A DNA stretch of 64,000 nt, from positions 1,116,001-1,180,000 of the forward strand of contig NC_134027.1 of assembly GCF_964204645.1 (NCBI RefSeq), written 5' to 3'. The notes under the pieces were generated by a model. The model saw only the letters and a program-made list of their open reading frames with translations. It was not told the DNA's origin and ran no database searches. The DNA comes from Tubulanus polymorphus. Taxonomy: Eukaryota > Animalia > Nemertea. The translations under genes and the position numbers were made by a program. Positions 24,833 through 36,359 of this stretch are shown piece after piece; position 1 is the stretch's first letter; the number at the start of each line of letters is the position of its first letter.

Positions 24833-27594
24833 GTCAGTCGTCGCGTTCGGGAATCGTGACCGATGAAAGCGGTAATGATTTTAATACTAAGCGCCGAATT
24901 ATTTATTGGTAATTCATATTAGTCAAATAAATTATAACCACCACGACTAACACGTACAAACTATAACATTCTCGAGCCAAGCCCTGACGTCATCGCCACA
25001 ATGAAAGTAGGGAAGGTATTCAATTGAACTCGTGTACACGGTCGGGCGGGCGAGCGGTTCGGAAAGACACGATCACGAGCTATTCAACACATCAACCCCA
25101 GGTGTTTCATCATAATATCATCAATACCTCGTACACCGCAACGTAAACAACTACAGTCGTTCCTATTGGTCACATAATCCCTACCGGATTACCGAATATA
25201 TATTATAATGAATTTTATTACCCTTGTTATATTATGATGATGTCGATGATGACACAAAGAAGGGATCTTCGTTCGGCGAGGGGCAACTATGTACCTAGTG
25301 ATATTTGCTGATTATGTCTTCAAATAGTCGATACTATTGTAGTGTGAGTGATTTATGGAGAAATGCAATAAGCGAAAATGTGAAAATGGTCAAATAAAAT
25401 TTCCTTTTTAGGGCAGTGTTGAAAATGAGTCCGTTGGTGCCTGAGTTCTGGGCTTTCGCTAAGAGCCGTAATGGTCGCACTTGTATCAGCAGAACGCTGT
25501 GTATATAACTATTTTCCAATGACTTTGTATTATTACTTTAGGTCATCCTTTCGAACTTTTGTTAGATCGCCGAAAACGTTTGAAATCTAGGCAGAGTTTC
25601 CGAAGTAACTTAACGATTCTGGACAAACAAAAACAACCGAGGTACAAACTATCCAATAACGAGTCATTGAAACACACCATAATCCACCGGAAGTATATCA
25701 AATACATGAAATTACGTGATAGAAAAAAAATAAAGAATTGAAAAATTAAAAAAGTCTGAATTGAGATCACAATGTCCCAGCTGCTTGCTAAGAGGAATTA
25801 GTTGTTTGATTTTATAAGTCCTCGACAATAGCAGGATTCGCTCTCATTAACGAACTAAATTAAACATTGATACTACGTTAAATTAATGAGTTTTATGTGA
25901 CGCAGTGCATGGAAGCAGATAAATGAATTCACGTCCGTATATTTATCGTCGCTACATGTTTCCTCATCAGTAAATCTCGTGCGGACAACGAGTAACTATC
26001 CGACTAAATTACAGCCTAGAAACCATGTCCGACACGATGCGAAACCACTTTCCTGAAAATCGTCGGAAATTGACCGCCGTTTTAACCATTCTTGCGCGAC
26101 GTATTCCGTGACTGGAGAAAGAAAAAACGATTAACAACCGCGAACGGGCCGCTGGCGGTGTAGCGTATACACGGAGCCACCCTTGTTCTGTTTTATATCG
26201 CGCTTAGCAGGATTAATTTTCAAGCAATTTGTATGCTTCCTATGTCGTACGTAAAAAGCCGATGATTAATTCAGAGGAGAAAGCGATTCGACTATTTCCC
26301 CACTCGTAGAAGGAGAGAGCAATGATAAATTAATTAGTCCGGATTCGAACGGATTATCCGACTTTAAAATGACAATCAACGACGCTCGGTAAACCGTGAC
26401 TAAGGCCAATGAGATATTTTGATTTCGTTCAGCTCTGGATGACTTCACAATCATCGCTGTTGATGTCGATGACGTCATTAGTCTTTGTTTTCAGACAAAC
26501 AGACTCATCCTCGTTTACAAAGGAATCGCGCGATAAAATGGACTTGTTAAAGCATTGTCGGAATTGCTTCGAAAGTAACCTTTAAATTATAGCGCGATAA
26601 CATCACATTAATATCGACATTGACATTAATTCGTCGTATTAAAACTTAAAAATTGGTATTCGGTAAATATCAATAATCTGCTTCAAAATCTCTCTAAAAT
26701 AATCTTAATCTAACCAGGGAAGTGTACACACTTCCCTGATCTAACTGACTGATACTCAAAAGGAATTTCTGAAAAAAAGTTGACAAATTCAACAACTTAA
26801 CGAGGATAGGATTTCTAAAGGACTTTTCAAAACCTCTAAATCTATTGTAACTTCTCGAACTTTAACTTGAAACAATATATACATATACTCAGTCAATAAG
26901 GCCAGTGTAAATGGTGATATATTTGACAGGGACAGACAAGTAACGATGTACTCAGACAACATGTATTGTCAGATGACCGCACATCTACACTACAGACAAT
27001 CTAATAATACAGCTGAATACCACAGCCAACCACAGCCAGCGCACCCAGTACCAGAGCGACACCAGCAGGAAAGCAATGCTAATTTAATTAGCCTAAGTAA
27101 CAAATTCATCTCCTCAACTTGACTCAGTAATTAATCATTCGTGACAAAACTGACCCCAAACTCGAATAACGGACGACCAGGAGAAGTATATTAATCCATT
27201 AATGCACAGTCCATTAATCCACTTTCATCTTTAATCCAATCGAATCTCTATAGTTCTCGTATGGATCGAGCGGTTAATGATTAATCTGGTTTTTTTGCTG
27301 AAACAACTGACCCTCAACATCACAGGGTCGCCAGTTGTGAATTCAGTTTAATTCTATTAAGTTCATCTACAATTCTGTGCTGTTAAAACGATAGCCACAT
27401 CAACGCGCAGTTTCGAGTTAGATTTTGATACAATATTATATTTACTTTGCAAAAACAACCTTGAGTTCACAAGTTTCCAACGATGTTCCAAACTTTAGGG
27501 CCAAACTTTAACCCCGGAATCCGGACCTAGTTCTACAGTTGTGAGTTGACGTTAGTCGTTAAAAACGGCTATATTTGAATTTCAAACTACTTAC

Positions 27595-27864
27595 CAATGG
27601 AGAGTAGAAAGCGGACGGATCGGCAGCGGCGAAAGCACCGTAACCGGCGGCGGCCTGACTTGCATAGGCGGCGCTACTGTAGACAGTATCGGCGATACCG
27701 GGCACCCGAGCGGCTGGGTAACCGGCCAGCAACGAGGTGCTGTACCGACATGAGCAGACCGTCTGCCCCGTGTGCGGGTCTGTGATGATTGGTCGACCCC
27801 CCTCGCAACAGCTGGTCGGTACAGAGGTCGGTGCCGCGGCGGCTGTGGCAGGCGAGGATAGTAG
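27595..27864 (-). CDS. irx: Irx exon 2 (90 aa, IRO-A motif SCCEGGRPIITDPHTGQTVCSCRY...DPSAFYSPL)
   Basis: Acceptor TTTTCTTCTCTTCAG and donor TTG|GTAAGT; 270 nt open, phase 0/0. The translation carries the CCE-GRP--TDP-TGQTVCSC motif of bilaterian Irx N-termini. The ORF track lists this region in a different frame. Confidence 0.95.
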
Positions 27865-27964
27865 CTGAAGAGAAGAAAAGAAATATTTATAACCATTGAA
27901 ATGTTTATTTTGTGAATCTGGCCGGACTTAGAGGGAGGGATTATGAGAGCCTTTCATCTGGCTG

Positions 27965-28192
27965 AGGCCAGTTCTACAGCCGTGACTTGAACCCCACAAA
28001 TGGTCTTAAATCATGAGTCTGGTCCTAAGATGTAATATTGACTTTAGGGCTGAATAGTTGCATGGTCAAGACATAATGAGACCAGTTTAAAACTATTTTA
28101 TGTCTACGGCCAATCTAACAATCTGATAACTCAGGACCAATCTTAAGATTCTAGACCATTTTTAGATTCACGTTACGAATGTGCAACAGGCC
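27965..28192. mobile_element. MITE family B, diverged
   Basis: GGCCAGTTCTACAG left end, CCAATCTAACA and GACCAATCTTAAGATT cores, and a GTGCAACAGGCC right end. Confidence 0.55.
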
Positions 28193-30884
28193 ACAGCGAA
28201 AGCCCAAATAAAGTGGAACTCGGTAATCTTTATTCTGGGAGGGGCCGTTTATACATCCCTGCGAAATAAACAGCATTATTGTGTTGTATCAACGCACAAC
28301 GAACTATTTAAAAAAACTTATCTAGGCTTCGATGTGACTGTTTTGCGAGGAGCATGTGCGATTCTTTTTACACCCGTATTTTTATCCTGTCGCCTCGAGT
28401 GACAAGTTGTCACCGAAAAAGAAACATTGTTATCATTCGAACCGTCAAAAATATCTCCGTTTAGAGAAAAAATAAACGGCTCTCGACCTCGCTTACCCCA
28501 GATAGGCTTTAAACGTGGGCTCGACACCAGGTAAACATTGACTGCGCTCACGGTTTATCAGTTGATCAACATATATACTACTGATAAGCCCACGTCACTC
28601 ACACATCAAACTTGTCACTTTGTTATCTTTAGTCGATGATAATTTGGAAACAAAAAGCTGATAGTCGTGCGGCGGATTCTAATTCTAATCAGTTGTACAT
28701 ATACGCATAACGCCGATACCGAACACCCGAGTACAATAGGGTTTTATTTACCAATCAACTCCTCAGCACCGGCTTAAAACAGTTTATATCAAATATTTAA
28801 ATTTCACTAACGCGTCGGTCGGTCTATTGTATCACATTCTATACGGATTTAGATATCCAGGATACAGTCCAGTGAAAGGATCCGCGAATTTATATGGCAA
28901 AGCATTCCCTGTTATCAATTCATGGCTATCATTGATTCTTCACATGTCACCTTCACTGTCACTATATCAACTAACATCGAATTATTCATCTGCGTTCAAT
29001 AATACAAATTGAAACAGTATCTAAACGTATCGTGAACATTGGTCGGCAACTAAATATGAATTGAAGTTAAAACTGATCTATATTTCTAATTGTTTACTCC
29101 TTAGATATAAACAATCAACAAACGTTTCTGTAAATAACCGACCGACCATCCGACTATCAAGTTTCAAAATCAAACCCTCTGTTTCCGTCCTGGCAGGTGT
29201 GGTGGGTTTTTCAAGGGGCGCCAAAAGCATCAACAAGATTCAAAAACCGATCAACAGAATTATGGCATCGGAGCAATTTGATAAAGTATTCTTAAATGAC
29301 CAGCTAGCGTACGTTTATTTCAAATGTAAAGTTGGCAAACAGAAACTAACGGGACTGAGCTTTGAAGGTATGATTTCAAGATAAAGTTTTGATTAAGATA
29401 TCTCTTCAGGTATACTCTGCTCATAGACAAGGTCAAAATGGTTTAGAAACGAATACAAAAATTGAAAAAGTCTGGAGAATTTTATTCCAAAAATTTACAC
29501 TAGAAAAATACACGCTCTTCTCGCTCAAATGGAATTATCTATCTCTATCGTTGTAAAGTAATTACTCATTTTTCAGGAAGGACTGTGTTCTATATTCCGC
29601 GAACTGATTCTGTTACTGAAGTTCAAAGTACAGAATACAATAACTGTGGATTCCGAAGTCCATGAAAAACCCAGTATCTTCACGGCGAAATTGTAACAAT
29701 TTCCGAAGCCTATTTACCACGCTATACTCATCACAAAATATCGCAGAAATGACGGAATTTTCAGCAGAGAAATTCCGAGAAAGGTTTCTCTTCGAGACCG
29801 TGGTCTGACTAATCAACCTATTAGCTAGCGCCTGAACAAGCCACGAATATATAGCGCCGAGTTTAGGAGGAGAACGTGATGACAGAAACTGCCGTAGCTA
29901 AAAACACACTCTCCGTGTAACTAAACAAACAGATATCTTTTATACATGTACAAATTCATTCAAGATGTCACAGATTGCGCGCGGGTATAACATAGACCAA
30001 GTTGCAGCAACAACTGTTCCGTTCTAGTTTCACCAGTCAAATATATGGGCCGAGAACCATTAAAATCTCTTTTTAACGCAGGGTGGTCTCTTGTGCAGGC
30101 CGGGGATAGAATGGGAATCGCACGCGTTCGAATCGTAAAATCCCAGTCGATCCGCGCGAATCCGGCGCGCGATGTGAATGATATCGCGTGACGATTACTA
30201 TTTGAGATCGCGAGTGTGAGATTTTAGAGATTCGAATTTATGAAAACCAACAAAAGACCAGTGCCAGTGAAAGCCAGTAAAAGTATCAGACCGATGAAAG
30301 ATGCTACCAGCAGAGCTCGACAGTGACAGCCTTTTTGTGTTCGCTTATCTTTAGCATTTGTTTTGTTTTTGTGTGTATTATTTTTTTCAACATAGTTCGC
30401 CATGTGTTACACCGCGCCGTGTCTCATCGACAGGCAGGCAGTACACACACATCGCAACCTGCTTCACTTTGTGAAAGAGAAAAATTATATTTTCGTTTTA
30501 TGCCCGGGAATAGAAATACACATACGCGATCCCGGATAGTAATAATGAGTTTGATTATTTAAATCTCTGGTTTACGATGCTGGAATAAACAATCCACACA
30601 ATCATAACCTGCTACACGACCAGCATGTGCCGTACATTTTGTGTTGTCGCGATGGGGCGAAATTCAGACGAAAGTTTTGAATAAGAAATCGTGTAATATT
30701 TCTATTGAAAAAAGCTTCCAAGTCGTGTAGTCTAATTAGACGTTAATCTTAAAATTTCATTTCGAGTAAACTTATTCACCGTGGCCAAAAAATGTTCCCC
30801 TCAATTTACTGAAAAATTTCGGCTAAGAAAATACGATAAAATTTCATTTTTTACCGACAAAAAATTTTGAGAAAAAATATTTAC

Positions 30885-30899
30885 CTGCGTCGAAGACAT
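30885..30899 (-). CDS. irx: Iroquois homeobox gene, coding exon 1 (MSSTQ)
   Basis: Minus strand reads ATG TCT TCG ACG CAG|GTAAAT, a phase-0 donor that joins exon 2 in frame. There is an in-frame upstream stop and no upstream ATG for about 380 nt. Promoter motifs lie just upstream. Confidence 0.75.
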
Positions 30900-31279
30900 A
30901 GTCGACTCTATGTATAAAATAGAAGAGCACGTAATCCTGTAGAATCAACGCGACGAAAGCCGATTCCAATTTTCACCGCGCTTCAAGAGTCCAAATATCG
31001 AATTTCTGGATAAGACAGAAATCGCTCGTGTACCGACAATGTTCCGATGTGTCGTCCCGATGTCGTCAAATCGATAGATTGATAAACCGACGGATCGGTT
31101 TACTCGATTTCACTCGATTTCAGTCACCACAACCCGACGACCGATCTAACTAAAGTTCGCTTCTATATATCTGTTATTGTTGCTGTTGTTGTAAAGTTGT
31201 TTCTAGTTTCCTCCGCGTTTCAAAAGTGTTCGATCTCAGATTGTTATAGTCCACGACTAACACGTCGGACGCTGATAGT

Positions 31280-31575
31280 AGACATTGAGAGAGCTCGGCC
31301 CAGCAGGTAATATACCTAAACACAACCACTACAAAATTGTACATGTAATGTTCCTACGCTAACAAGTGTATTTTAGAAGATCGTGGACATATTACTGACC
31401 CCAGAATGCTAGAACCGCTGTTCGGCCAATCAGTGGCTTGCTTACAAATGTTTTCTCGAGTCAAAGCAAGTGATTGAGTAGTTCGTCTGATTACGATGAA
31501 TGGAAACCTACTACGAAGCCACGCCCACCAGCTGGATTATAAGGTGCCGCCCTTCGACGCGTGATTGACAGCGGA
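31280..31575 (-). promoter_or_regulatory. Putative Irx core and proximal promoter
   Basis: TATA-like TATATTA (31314-31308) about 28 nt before an Inr-like TCAAT (about 31286). Also CCAAT (about 31426), GC box CCACGCCCA (about 31519) and the Pbx/Prep decamer TGATTGACAG (31562-31571). An ATG-free leader runs down to 30899. Confidence 0.55.
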
Positions 31576-33004
31576 ATAAGAAGCCAACGAGATCGACTGA
31601 GCGAGCGAGTGAGAAGAGAAAAGGTTGAGGGAGGGAAATTGAGAGGAAACCCGGCGTGACTTGAAATAGAAAAAACGTTTCATTTTACTTCCCAATGACC
31701 TGTTTTGCTGCTGCTGCTGCTGCTGGCCTGCCTCCAGTTTCGGGTCCGAAAGCTTTCATGTAACAATGTTCTTGACTGAGTATCTCATAATGTATGAAGC
31801 TTCTTTTTAGTCTGATTGTGATATGCGCGATTCCCCGAGTGCGAATTTTCGCCCAAAATGTCGGTGTGTGGCACACAGAGTCCCGTTGCATACGAACTAT
31901 CGATAACACGATATAACGTCACAATTCGAATAATTTCATAAATCCTATTGTTAACCGTTTTAAAATCAGCTCTGTTTCGCTTTATCCAAAAAATACCTAA
32001 AACATCGGTTACTTTTTCTTTATGTAAACGCGGCACAGCGGAGGAGGCTGTGTGGCCCGCGATGACGTCACAGACGCGTCAGTCAGATCGTAATCGCTGC
32101 TGGTCGTATCGCGGCGCCAAGCAATCCGTGATCAGCAGCCCGGTTTTTACTCACATCCTTTAACAGACGACTCTGATGAGTACGATAAGGTCTGTGTGTG
32201 TATCATCTATCTATCTTCGACAATACAGGAGTCTCGACAAACAAACATCTCCGTGTAACGACTACAAGGCCAAATGATCTTCATTGACATCCATAAATAA
32301 CTGCCGCGAATTTATAGAAATATATATATACTTATTATTGAAATATCACGTAGTAGCGTCATTGTGTGCCGGCGGTCCGAAGACATAGAGGAGACGTCTT
32401 TAAAAAATGAAAGAATTTCTTATTATGATTTCATACAGAAACGGTCGTAGTTGGCGCCCTGATGTTTGTGTATCATATCACTGGAAATATCAGATACAAG
32501 TCAAATATCTAACATTAGTAGCTTTTACTATACATTGTACTGTGGTAATAAACTCGGATATAAGTCGCTTGCCGGTTCAGGCAGAAGACTCGCTGAGACC
32601 TTGGAGTAATCAGACTGATTACTCCAAGCTGAGACACACTGAACGGTGGACAAATCAATCAATCATTGGATCAGCAAAATAATTGGGGGAAATCTTTGTA
32701 TTTCAAGAAACTAGATTTAAATGACGCTTCTTCTATATTCTGTATTTCTTATGATTTCAAAATCAATGTTTTGCAAATAACTACAGAAATCGAATCAATG
32801 AATGAATCGGTAAAAAATATAAAATGGGGTAATCTTCATTCAAGGTGAAAGTAGTAAAACCAGCGACTGATAGGGAAACAGGGCTGGAAACACTGTTTGT
32901 ATTTATGAAACAGATGTAGTAGTTATGGTGCGCTCTCAGCTTGTTGTCGTATTGTGAAACCATCTTCTGAAATCGATCGTAAAGAAATCATCCCCTGAAC
33001 CCCT

Positions 33005-33018
33005 GGGCCCCCTGGCGG
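33005..33018 (-). promoter_or_regulatory. CTCF-like motif upstream of the Irx promoter
   Basis: Minus strand CCGCCAGGGGGCCC, one mismatch to CCGCCAGGGGGCGC. Confidence 0.45.
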
Positions 33019-36000
33019 CTTGTTTTTATTGCGTATCATAACAGCACCTGGATCTAATATAAACCGGCGGCCGGGTTCGGACTGCGAGGGTTCGCGCCGC
33101 GTGTTTCCTGCTGAGGACCGATCGAACCTAAGATCGATCGCGCCGGCGCGTTGAGTCAATATTGCGGTGGTTTATTTATTTGCTTTCGAGAAAATTAGCT
33201 ACATTAACACAGGTCTTCGACGCGTGAAATCCAATGAAAACAAGACCGTGTGCTGTTACTTACATCTGTAACTTTTTCCGTCGTTTTCTGAGAGAGTGAG
33301 TGAGAGGGAGAGGGAAGGAGGGAGGGTGAAATGGAAGCTTTTAAAAGTGTACACTGCACAGGCATTGCATGCAATGCTATCTCATCCTTAATGCAATTAC
33401 TGCCTACACGTAATTGAAAGCGTATGCGACTCAATTAAACTCTGAGAAAATATCTTCATTTGTCTAAAATTTGTGAATATTTCAAGAAATAATGTTGATT
33501 CTTGCTTAGATTTTATTTGTGACGGCTCATTTTTGTGTCTTTAAACTGCTTACGAAACGATAGAGGAATTCTGAAGAAATATTGAAAGAGAAAGAATAGT
33601 TGTTTTCAAGGTAGTTTTTGGACATTTTGATATTGAAGAATATTTTGGGGGCCACAATTTTTGTCACCTAAAAAGAACACGGAAGAGTTTTAGGTTCAGT
33701 TTGGTTTTTTCTGGGGCAGTGAACCCTGGTTTCGATCAGTCACGCGCAATGACCTATATGAACTACGACCCTTTTCAGAAGGAATTAAACTGCAGCGAGT
33801 AAACATATCTATTTCCTTCTCGTTTGTTTATCTCATTTTGTAATAGGTTATGACGTCACGGTTACTGTGCGATGTATCAGTTCTATAGCAACAAATTGAA
33901 GGATTTGTTTTGGAACAGGTTTGCTAATTATCGCGAGCAGTCGTTTAATAGAAATAGCTGAGCGCGCGGGGAAGAGATTGGATAGAATTAGAACTTGCAG
34001 CTCCCGACAGAAACCAGACCCGTGCTGATGTTTTGACGGGAACTGGGGCTTCTCAACCGACCTACCGACTGAGAGTGATGACATTTAGGAAATCATGCTA
34101 TGATGATACCTTGGAAGTTAGTCAACCAATCAATAAACATAGGTTCGAGTCTCAAATCCTTTATTTTTCTATCCACCTATAGATAGATATACCCAGATGA
34201 GTCAGTACGTTAACCCGACCATCAGGTTCGAATCCCGAATTTCCCGACATCAGTACAATAAACACTTCGCACTCGATATAACTAATTCAATCCATCTACA
34301 ATTAGGTTCGAATCCCGAATATTCTACCGAATTCCCACTTCATCTATTTAATGGTATTAGATGAATGCGCATTTTCCTGGTCTCGCAGCCGAGAGAGTGC
34401 CACAGCGTTCAATCGCCGTAATATGTATCAATCTTGTGTCGTGTGATTAGATGAGCCGTTGGCGGTGGGGAATAGCACCGACGAATCGAATCTTTCTGCC
34501 TATAATATTGTGATTGATGGTCAAAAAGTTTAATCAAATCTCTTTCGTTTATTTATACAACTAATTACCCCAGGGACACCACAGCAGCAGCAGTAGTGCC
34601 AGGACGCGCGCGCGCGCGAGCTGGCTTCCGACAATAAAAACGTGTGTTCAATTTTACACTACGCTTCATCTTGAAGAAAAAAACATCATCAAAAAGACGA
34701 ATTCTATCTAGGGAGCGCTCATCAAGTACGAAGGCTGATTCTCGGGCCAAACTCGATGGAAAATTTCCCTCTAAGTCGAATGTTTGGCGGAAAATGAACT
34801 GGCCGAGGAGCCACATTTCGGGCTCATGGGCTGTGGACAGGGGCAGATCCAGGAGGACCATTTAGAAGGACTTGTCACATCCAAAAAGGGACACTTCGAT
34901 GTCTAAAAATATATATGATGAAATGCTTGGTAAGAAAATGAAAATAGGCACTCAACGAATTTGATAGACTTGAGGCCTACACATTGCAACTAAGTCCACC
35001 TGAATCAGTCCCTGGTAGAAATGGACACAGGGCCGAGTTCCACAGTACATGATGGATAAGTTTGAGTTTAAAGTTAAAATTTGTTCAATTTCGTAACCTA
35101 TTTCTCTGAGCCACATTTCAACTGAGGTCTTTAAGATCCACAGTTCTCGGGATAAGAAGTAAATAGATTTCTACTGTTCTTTCTTCACGATTTATCAATT
35201 TCTAAAAACGAAAAAAAAGTTATTGACTGTTTCGCTATACTCTGTCACTAAACGTAGTACCCGTACGTCATCGTTACTTCGTCTGCTAATTAACAGTTTT
35301 ATTAGGCACCGAGTCAATTCCCCGAAGATACGACCTTTTATGTGCAGACGTCGTCAATGAACCTGACACAGAGAGACTCGCTGCTATTGACAATGCAGTC
35401 TGCTGCAAATTAAGAAGACAGTCTCAATAATACCGAAACATGTCAACGATATCAATGTCCACAACATCTCCCAGATATAATAACTCTAACGCGATATTAT
35501 TAAATTTGTCAACAATAAATGAATCGGTTACTCTCTTTCTGCGCTGTCTCCCAGGACGACGAGTAATTCATCAACCGACGCGCGAAAATTAAACGCCAAA
35601 ATCATCGGCAATATTTGACATCCCATTTTGACAAATTGCTAAACAATACTAAGCGTCGTACACACTCGATTTGACGCTGTTATTATTTTGCAATCTGATG
35701 CAGTGATCGGCGTCCGCTGATTTGACGTCTGAACGTTGACAAACGTCCGCTGAATTACTATACCAGTATAGTGATCATCGTCGTTACCAACCGCGCCGAT
35801 TGTTGAATCGATCGTCACGTGATATCGGGCGAGATTTCATGCGTGATTTGAATGTATCTTTCGCTTGGCCGATTGGTGCACATGTTTCTTGAGATCGAGT
35901 TTCTATTTCCTGACGCGAGTCGAGAAGACGACGAATTCTAATCAAGACCCCGCGAGTCGTAGAGACAGACACCCGTTACATGGCGACATGTTAAATAATT

Positions 36001-36303
36001 TCCGAACTGATAACGATTCGTTCTGTTGGATGCAAGTGAAAACTGACATTTTTTTTTCTTGTCATCATTTGAAGTAGCAGCGCTGAACTCGACACATTTG
36101 GCATCGTTAAATCTCTGCCAATCTCCGAGTATAAGACGCCTGCTAACCGTATTCACGCCTGTGACTAAGAAGCCTTCGGATTCGAACTAAAGATCCAGGA
36201 ACATGTTCCGTAAGTTCCCGGTTAAAAGTTTTTAAAAAACTCAGGATGGACCAAAGTCCATTTTTGGTTCTATATAACCAAATTAGACGAGTAGGGTTAA
36301 CTA

Positions 36304-36359
36304 TTTATTTGACGCACGAGCTTTCGCTATACTAATGTATAGAAGCTTCATCGGGTAAA
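36304..36359 (-). ncRNA. Penelope-type minimal type-I hammerhead-like motif (U4C variant) with downstream AATAAA
   Basis: Minus strand TAC-CCGATGA-A-GCT..TATAC(ATTA)GTATAGC-GAAAGCTC-GTG...AATAAA, with a palindromic AGCT stem III. Confidence 0.5.

Noticed and set aside
27591-27896. ORF-track peptides over exon 2 (101 aa minus, 62 aa plus)
   Set aside because: Wrong frames. The third minus-strand frame gives the conserved IRO-A motif.
24941-31265. Exact 15-mer CCACGACTAACACGT in both intron 2 and the 5'UTR
   Set aside because: A few 15-mer matches are expected by chance in 64 kb, and the flanks do not extend convincingly.
32172-32200. CTGATGAGTACGATA as a hammerhead
   Set aside because: GAAA is broken and no stem I or III forms.
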